From NCBI GenBank assembly GCA_951406725.2, contig OX597816.1:148552001-148616000 (forward strand): a DNA stretch of 64,000 nucleotides. Reading direction: 5' to 3'. Each line of letters begins with the position of its first letter. Position 1 is the stretch's first letter. Shown piece by piece: positions 55,470 through 64,000 of this stretch. Origin of the DNA: Octopus vulgaris. Its lineage: Eukaryota. Under the pieces are notes generated by a model, which saw only the letters and a program-made list of their open reading frames with translations, had not been told where the DNA came from and ran no database searches. Made by a program: the position numbers and the translations under genes.

Positions 55470-56030
55470 AGTCATATGTGATACGGAGGTGTCAGTGTGT
55501 CTCGGATATGACAAAAGAGAATTGTTCGATCCGTTCAAAGTACTCACTAAACAAATTAAAATACCAAGGAGCTGCAGTGATTTGGTTTTTCTTCTTTGAG
55601 GTAAATGGAAAGAACGACAGATGATTATGCAGAGGTTTCAACGGTCATGCATACTGAATTCTCAGCAACTGAGATAGTTCAGAGAATCATTAGCAACACC
55701 AAACAGGTCACGACTCCTCACTTAATAGTTAATGTCGCTGTATACACAGAGGTGTGGAAGAAAGGTGTGAGGGTCTGAGTAGACAGGGAAGACTATAAGT
55801 TTTCCAACACCACTCTATGCTATCTCCTAAGGTTAGAACAACTCAAGCGGGGTTGTGTGTCAATCTCCATGATTACATTCTCCTAGACACATAGCCTCCA
55901 AGCTCACCAGATCTCGATTTACTGGACTGTTACGAATGGAACATAGTCGAGAGAGGTCAATGAACGTCCCCATAACGCCATACAATCTTTCAAACCAGCC
56001 ATCACTAGCACTATATCCAAAATTGATGAA
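55470..56030 (+). mobile_element. Tc1/mariner-superfamily (maT-like) transposase remnant
   Basis: *PPSSPDLDLLDCYEWNIVER...NERPHN at about 55893-55980. Confidence 0.65.
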
Positions 56031-56092
56031 GGTAGGTAGACAGATAGACAGACAGATAGGTAGTTAAGTATAAAGACAGACAGACAGGCCGG

Positions 56093-56195
<103 letters not shown>

Positions 56196-57464
56196 CAATA
56201 AAAAGAGGAGAGAGAGAAGGTGACAGAGACGCACATATGCCCCATATGCCATATTTTGGTTCGTCTAAACCGGTATTTTCAAAACTTCTTTTGCCGATCG
56301 CCAACCTAAAATACTTAGATACTTATTGCCAATGATTACCCTTATGGCTATAATTAAACGCTAATGTATTGCTCACTCCACTCCGTAGCACTTAACGCCT
56401 CGTCTAAGAGGCGTTATAGACCCCTTGGGGACCACTTGTCTAATTGAAGTCTATAATCACTAATATTGTTCAAATACTAATTAGAAATAAATAAGAGCTA
56501 TGACCAATGCCAATGTGAATTTGAACAAACGTGGAGAAATAATTTGTAATATAGTTACATGACGAAAAACGCACTATTATCTTCCTTCTGGCACAGCAAG
56601 ACATTTCACTATCTACTTGAAACTTCAACCGATGTTGAGAAGTAATTCCAGATTCTTGTAAAACAAAAGTAAAAGTGAAATGGTTATTTGGGGTTGATAT
56701 AAAGCATGTGAAACGAAAATCGAAAAACATATTGAGGTAGACCATTTTGCTTAACTGAGGCAGGTATATACCTCATGAGAGCGGTGCTTGGTTATTTTAA
56801 GTTTTATAAAATAGGATGTGTGTGTGTGTGTTAAGCGAACGTGCATATGCCCCTTATGACACATTCTGTTTCTATTAAAGCTTTTAATTAGTGTTCTATT
56901 AGTAATTAGAAGTTGAAAGCTTATATGAAATTAAACGAAAAGAATAGAACCATACAAAGAGAACAAAAACTAATACATTCAGACATTAACATCGCAATAT
57001 GATAATCTTTCTTTAGCCGGCTTAGACATAAAAGATTCCTGTGCAGTCGACTTATATTTGGTGTAGTCACTTGGGGATAACATAAAGCGAGGGAGAGAAA
57101 AAGACCAAGACTATTTTATACGTCATCGAAAACTGTCCAACCGAAATATGCGTATACAGTACTTTAGCGGTGGTTGTTTAAGGTTAATAAAATTTTAAGA
57201 CATATACGTGATAAATGGCTGCAGATTCGATTAAACAAAGTCTTTGACAAGCAATATTCTATGACTAATTAAAGAGAATAAGACCTACAAATAATTATTG
57301 TACGAGTGTAAAAATACGGGAAAAAAATTCATCTCTAATACAACCATACAGAGAAAATGCAAAGTTAACTTCTTAGCCGTGCATTACTTTGTTTCACACT
57401 ACATACGTTAATCTTCGGCCGGTGATGAGTAAAGGCACCGTGAAACCGAAGAATACATGTGTGA

Positions 57465-57526
<62 letters not shown>

Positions 57527-57613
57527 CGGTTGATGATTACGTGCGGTTGATAAAAGCGTGCGAAACAGCAAAAGTAGACGAGACGAACGACTTTCTACAC
57601 ATACACACACACA

Positions 57614-57685
<72 letters not shown>

Positions 57686-57694
57686 TATATATTT

Positions 57695-57853
57695 CTCTCT
57701 TTGTTTTTCTCCTTGTTTTTTCTGTGTCCCTTTCTGTAGAAGAGCGTAGGTTCGAAACGTAAAAGACTTTCTATTCCTGGGCGTTATACTAATACATCTG
57801 TTTGTTTTGTACACCACCTGCCTTCGTCTTTTCTTTCTTTCGTAAACTCTCCC
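57695..57853 (+). mobile_element. Second copy of the short (TA)n-flanked variant-hammerhead element
   Basis: Homologous to 755-925. Motif at 57731-57766: ttt-CTGTAGA-A-GAGC-gtag-GTTC-GAAAC-GTA-aaag. Confidence 0.6.
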
Positions 57854-58053
57854 TATATATATATAGCTGAAAACACTACCTTACTTAGGCAGTGAAATGT
57901 TTCCGGAGTCTTCTACCGGGGATTATCTTACGTAGATTTCAAAACTACTTATGTATATATATATAACATTATTTCTCTGACTCTCTTCTGTTTCTGCTAT
58001 ATATGTGTGTTTGAGTGTATGAGTGCAAATGTGTCTGTTTTGTACGTGAATTT

Positions 58054-58094
<41 letters not shown>

Positions 58095-58394
58095 TGCATG
58101 CGTGTGTGCATTTTTCGATCTCGACTATTTTTAATGCCAGATATAGTTTCTTAAGATCTCGTTTCATTACTGTGCTTAAATTCCAAGAAAATATCAACCA
58201 AACATCCCATAAATTGTCCACGCATCTATCGTTATGCATGAAACGTATGTTCTACAAATAGTTCCACACACACGTCAAAGGGAATTTGCATACCAACACA
58301 CAATCTTGTGTATAGATTATACATTAATTGCCACACCCTCGTTTTACCTTCTCCAAAATAATATTCTTTGTTCCACAGTATTATCAAATGCTTT

Positions 58395-58434
<40 letters not shown>

Positions 58435-58584
58435 GAAATTTGTGGTTGACTTCGTCTTTTATTCCTCCTGTACGTTCATTAGATTTAGTCATGTTCAGTG
58501 ATTCAATCGATTGAATCAATCAATTATACAACGTATCCTATAATTTTCTTCAAATCAATATTTTGATCATAGAAATCATCAGAA

Positions 58585-58648
58585 TCATTATTGTTGCAGT
58601 TGTTGCATTTGTTGTTGTTGTTCTTCTTCTTCTTCACATTATTATTGT

Positions 58649-58703
<55 letters not shown>

Positions 58704-58751
58704 GGTGGTGGTGGTGGTGGTGGTGGTGGTGGTGGTAGTAATAGTAGTAGC

Positions 58752-58808
<57 letters not shown>
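58585..58808. repeat. Compound trinucleotide microsatellite (TTG/TTC/TAG/TGG/TAG)
   Basis: Direct inspection. A further (TAG)n lies at 58395-58433. Confidence 0.95.
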
Positions 58809-59194
58809 CATGAATTGAGAAATACATTTAAATTTCCTTTCTTAACAAATGCTGTGATTGTATCCCTCTCTTAACAATATTTAACGCTCCTCGTATAGCT
58901 ATCAAATAGGACGGAAGGCACCATTCCTTCACTGTTCAAAAAAGGTTTTTTTTCTTTTCTTAATTCAACAGAACAGCCAAGTTCGTGCTTTACCTTACCT
59001 TTCCTGCTCGCTTCTACGCAACGTTATAGTTATTTTTTATTGATATGTTGGTCATGGGAAATAATGTTAGGTCTAAGATATGTAATAATAGTTGTCTATC
59101 TGAATGCTAAACTTCCATACTTTAGCCTTGTTATTTCCCAACACAGACGATTATTCACATAAATACCACACAGTTATTTTGTTTTTGCTTCTGT

Positions 59195-59669
59195 GGAGGT
59201 GCAATGGCCCAATGGTTAGGGCAGCGGACTCGTGGTCGTAGGATCGCGGTTTCGATTCCCAGAACGGGCATTGTGAGTGTTTATTGAGCAAAAACACCTA
59301 AAGCTCCACGAGGCCCCGGCAGGGGGGGGGGGTGAACCTTGCTGTACTCTTTCACCACAACTTTCTCTCACCTGTATTTCAAAGGGCCAGCCTTGTCACA
59401 CTCTGTGTCACACTGAATCTCCCTGAGAACTACGTTAAGGGTACACGTGTCTGTGGAGTGCTCAGCCACTTCCACGTTAATACATGACCTGCGACGTCAC
59501 TGGTGCCAAGCTGTATCGGCCTTTAACTTTCCCTTGGATAACATCGGTGGCGTGGAGATGGGAGGTTGTATGCGTGGGCGACTGCTGGTCTTCCATAAAC
59601 AACCTTGTGCCTCGATGGGTAAAATTCTAGGTGCAATCCCATAGTCATTCATGACCGAAGGGGGTCACA
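59195..59669 (+). mobile_element. tRNA-derived SINE, family C, full length with TSD
   Basis: Head tggcccaatggttagggcagcggac...ggtttcgattccc (A and B boxes). TSD attttgttt(t)tgcttctgt at 59176-59194 and 59670-59687. Confidence 0.85.
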
Positions 59670-59894
59670 ATTTTGTTTTGCTTCTGTTTCTTTCTGTTTT
59701 TATTTCTTGTGGGAGTTGGGATTGCGTTAGGAGCTAATACATTAGTTTGCTATAGTGTCGTGTTTCTAGTTATATTTTGCCGGAGCTAGTGCGGGCGGCT
59801 GAATACAAGGAGATATATTATTTACGAAAATACACAACATAAGCGCTATGTTATCTATATTGCAGGACATGTGGGTATTTCCATATAGCTAATG

Positions 59895-60105
59895 GTGAGG
59901 CAGTGAATACACAATCGTTAGAGTGTCGGATGAAATACCTCACGTTATTTGTTCTGAATTTCTGCGCGCTGAGTTCAAATCCCGCCGGGGCCAGCTTTGC
60001 GTTTCATCCTTTCGATGTCAATAAAATTGTACCAATCTAGGATGGCGGACTGGCAGAGCTTTTAAAGAGTCGAGCGATAGATCTTGCGGAATCGCTTTAT
60101 ATTCT
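59895..60105 (+). mobile_element. Degenerate SINE family A fragments (two heads in tandem)
   Basis: gagttcaaatcccgccggggccagctttgcgtttcatcctttcgatgtcaataaa, followed by ggcggactggcagag. Confidence 0.6.
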
Positions 60106-60483
60106 GACAACAACGCCTGCGACGATACTAGCGCTAGGTTGTATGGACCCAAGTTAGCAGCCTTTCCTTTGGATAAAAGATTGACATTTTGCCATCAGAT
60201 GAAACATCCCACACAAAATTAGGGTTTGTCGCGTTTTTCTATTTAATGTATTTATTTCATCCTTCACTATTTTGCCACTTTAATTCACGGCAGCAAACAC
60301 CGACATGTTGATCTGATGTAGAAGGTTTGATCTTTTGAAATATATATTTTCCATTTTTCCTTCATTTCCTAATGCATAATAGCATCCAGTTCCAATGTGC
60401 ATAGATACTTGTATACACTGTCATCTCATGAGTTTATTCCATTAAAATGTACTATCATCCCTCTCTTCATTGCTCAAGCCGCA

Positions 60484-60558
<75 letters not shown>

Positions 60559-60960
60559 ATTATTATTGAGTGAGAGAGCAGTGCATGCCATCAAAGTGAC
60601 ACTGGGGTAAAATATACGAAGCCCAGTATACCCATCATGACTACCCGTCTAATAAGGGTACACCAGGCACATGCATCACAACTAAATGCGCAAGACATTG
60701 TGTTCTCATAAAGATAAACAGTACATGACCTTGCAGGTGGGGCCTAGTTAGAATTTCCTTCAGGTCGAGTAACCCATCCCACTCAAAAGGTCCCTGTATA
60801 AGGGTTGTTTAAAGATGTTTCCAGGGGTGAATTATTCAAACCCCAAAGAATTTTGCTCAACACATGACTATGATGCTTTCCCACAATTCTTGCTCGTGAT
60901 CAGAGATGTACATATTGTCAGCCACTAAGGGACATGCTCAACTGGTTAAGATCAAACTTC
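60484..60960 (-). mobile_element. Interspersed repeat ending in an (AAT)n tail; probable retroelement 3' end
   Basis: GC-richer block 60568-60960 directly abutting a long (ATT)n tract. Family not identified. Confidence 0.45.
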
Positions 60961-61041
60961 CTGGCCGTTTACCAAAATTTGAAACCATTATTATTAGTGT
61001 TGTTGTTGTTTTTCTTGTTGCTGCTGCTGCCGTTACTGATA

Positions 61042-61260
61042 AGGCGGTGATCTAGCAGAGTCCGTAACACGCTGGGCAAAATGCTTAGCGACATGTCGTC
61101 TGTCATTACATTCTGAATCCAAATTCTGCCGGAATCAACTCTACTTTTTATCCATTTGGGGTCGGTAAAATAATTAGCAGTTAAACACTGGGATCGATGT
61201 AATCTACTTACCCACTCCCTGCCAAGTTTGCTGGCCTTGTGCCAAAATTTAAAATCACCA
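61042..61260 (+). mobile_element. Diverged SINE family A (tail variant 2)
   Basis: aggcggtgatctagcagag...gggcaaaatgcttagcg...ggggtcggtaaaa...gggatcgatgtaatc...ctggccttgtgccaaaattt. Confidence 0.75.
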
Positions 61261-63457
61261 TTGTTGTATTGTTGCTGCTGCCACTGCTGCTGCTGTATGG
61301 ATAGTGCATTGATGTTGATGCGTTCACTCTCGCCGTTGGTGTGTGAATGACGTTTTATAAGCGTAACCTGTGTAGAAAACAGTAAATTTTATTCAATTAA
61401 ATTCTCCCCACTTTTAGAAAAGAAAGAATTCTACAGAACATTTTTTTTCCACTGCATCTCGTTCGGTTATTAACACCTTCCTCACAATTTGATTAATACA
61501 TTCACGTGGTTATGTCGCGTAACACTTTTTTATAAGGCGCCTTTTTTCATGAGTCTTTAGTTTAATAAATTACTTTATTTGGATATTTTAAATTTTTCTT
61601 CTGCTTCAACTTGATTCATCATGGCGTCAAGTCAACCAAGCAACATCCACATCAAAAACACAATGGAAATAAGCATATCTACTAGAACAATACAAAACAT
61701 ATATAAACGAGTCTGCTTTGTTGCGAGATATGCATTTCTATAAACAGTAAATCTCGCATGTTCAAAAAAAAATGTGTAGTGAGTGGTTTTGATAAATTCT
61801 TTGGATCCAACAGCTAGAATGGCATTGACACCTATACAGATAAGAATGTTGCCGGACAAAAATACACAAATGGAGGCACTTTGACCAAAATTATCCTTAA
61901 CATTCACTTGCTAGTGCGGAAGAGGCACTGTCCGAAGTGGAACAAAGGAAAAGTTGCATTCATAAGGATTCCATTCTTAACAGAAAAATTTACGCCGGAG
62001 AGAGTAAGCATAATACTGAACTGCCTATGAATCACGAAGAAGGAACTTTCTATGCATCTTCGAAGAATCACTTTGAGAGATCTCTTGCAAATTCATGCAC
62101 AAGCGTCCATAGAGAAAGATAAAGCCAACAGCATCTTCATGTGACTTCCAAATCCCAGCAGAATCTTGTTTTTTACCCCACATCAGACGTCTGTAAATAT
62201 ATTCTTTCCTGGCAAGAGTTGATAAACCAAGGCAAAGCAGTTAATTATTTTTCTCCATCTCCATTTATTCTGCAGTTATTTACTATATTTTGCTTCATTA
62301 CATGCTTTTGTTATTTGTAGACGGAAAGGCTTTGACACTTTGTCTAATCAAGGACCATTCAATAACAGTTATGAGATCTACGCATCTCAACAAGAGTCAA
62401 CAATTTTATTATCTGCCTTTTATGTGATTTCAGTTATCGGTTTTCTTTTTTTCTTCGTAACTATCTTCCAATTCATCCTCTGTTTTCTATATGTTGGCTT
62501 CATTGAAGACAGAAAACATTGGTTTGTTCGTGTTTTATACACATTTGTGTAAAATTTTCCAATTACTACTAAACATTTATGTACTCTTACAGTAGATATT
62601 TTAAAGTAGTTTTTAACTGCATAAGAAGCCGCCTCCCTACTACATTGTATTCGCGGTAAAGATCTTTATATAAAATTTAAGATCGCATAGTCTAAATGTG
62701 ATCATTATTTTTTTTTTTTGTGTTTCTCTACTTTTGCTGGATCATTTAGCACCCATTTCAGAATATTATAACAATAACTTATTACAGAGTCATCGAAATG
62801 GCTCTTATCTTCGGTTTTGCATTTACTTTTCTAAGTATAAATCTAATGCATTTATAATATTCTTTCTTAATCTTTTCCTAAATTTACTTGGAACATTGTG
62901 TATAAAATTTGTAATGTATATACAGGCGTGGAATGGTACTAGCTGTTACACTTTGTCTTAGAGAAACTTCTCAAGGAGATTTGTGCATTAAAAATCACAG
63001 GGTTTCACTCAAAGTGCTGGAGGCTCACCTGGCAGGGGTGTTTTGAACCTGATTTGACCTTCTCAGTGATGAATACCTTGGATAATCTGAGCCAAGCCGA
63101 AAACGCTTCTGTTACGATATGGAAATTTGTAAATAAAACATTTTCTGATTCGTGCGAAAGCTAATCAGGCTAAACTTAATTTGATATATAGACTTCAAAC
63201 AGCCTTACATCCAAATATAGGAGTAAGAACAAACATGGAATGACAGTATCTGGAATATTTCTTGTTAAAGAGATTTCGCTCAGAATGCCGATAGATCGCA
63301 TGGCATGGTGTTTCAACAGGATTTGTTGTCCTCGGTAACGAATATCTCTTTTCTTTATATTGTTTTGTTGTTCTCATCCGATTTTTGTAAGCCAACATTC
63401 TGCAAGTCATCAAGAGTTTGGTTTGTCTCATTATTTAATTTGTTTATTTTATACGAG

Positions 63458-63512
<55 letters not shown>

Positions 63513-63704
63513 CAAGAGTTAAGGAATGGAGTAGATTCGGGCTACATATGTTTCATAACGAGCAGAACCTCCGAAGATAGAATGGACAAGAATCGTGTTG
63601 ACTACAACTAACAATCAATTAAGGAGTGTAAACTTACAAGTACATACGCCAACATACACCTCTACTACTTCATATTTGTAAACACGCTTCACCGCACACA
63701 AATA

Positions 63705-64000
63705 TATCAGGCTGAAAGTAAGCAACGTTTTGAAGCATGAAATTCATCAATGCGGAAATTTTATTTATCAAAGTAAGGACCATTACAATCAACACATTTT
63801 TGCCAACGAGTTACAAGTTTGTTTATTCCGGTAACATAAAAATCTGGAGTTCTGGAGCTGATGGACTCTTTGAATGCACTTTCAGGATTGGTTTTGAGTT
63901 TTTAACTCCTCTCGCAGGAAACCATCAAGGTGCTTGAAAAAATGGTAGTCGGTAGGAGAAAGGTCTGGGGAATAAGCTGGGTGGGGAAGAACTTCGTGGC
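63705..64000 (-). mobile_element. Mariner 3' end (runs off the window)
   Basis: Minus strand ISSRTPDFYVTGINKLVTRWQKCVDCNGPYFDK*, followed by a TIR-like end and TA. Confidence 0.85.

Noticed and set aside
59195-59270. tRNA gene
   Set aside because: It has A and B boxes but no proper acceptor stem or terminator, and continues into a TSD-flanked SINE body.
61800-62280. Possible Mutator (MULE) transposase relic (VYQLLPGK) or host exon
   Set aside because: Stops in the frames examined and no convincing catalytic motif or splice context.
62900-63430. Coding-looking stretch near the window end
   Set aside because: No recognisable domain, and the frames examined are interrupted by stops.

Overview
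AT-rich, microsatellite-saturated animal DNA. The repeat repertoire suggests a coleoid cephalopod, probably Octopus (inference). I found no host protein-coding exon; almost all ORF-track entries are translations of (TA)n, (CA)n, (GATA)n or (TAG)n tracts. The window is a mosaic of decayed mobile elements: two Tx1/L1-clade LINEs, three RTE-type LINEs, a split Dong/R4 element, Penelope-like (GIY-YIG) elements, several mariner/Tc1 copies, a probable Helitron 5' fragment and at least three tRNA-derived SINE families. The strongest unexplained signal is a set of six apparently unrelated sequence families carrying minimal or variant type-I hammerhead ribozyme motifs. Four of them form head-to-head fold-backs with outward-facing hammerheads, mostly embedded in microsatellites, and one crosses its own monomer junction as a retrozyme would. 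Other notable points: a SINE that shares its 3' tail with a microsatellite-inserted Tx1 LINE and swaps tails between copies, and a templated inverted insertion flanked by a 105-bp duplication. All alignments and folds were done by eye, so coordinates are approximate to a few bases.
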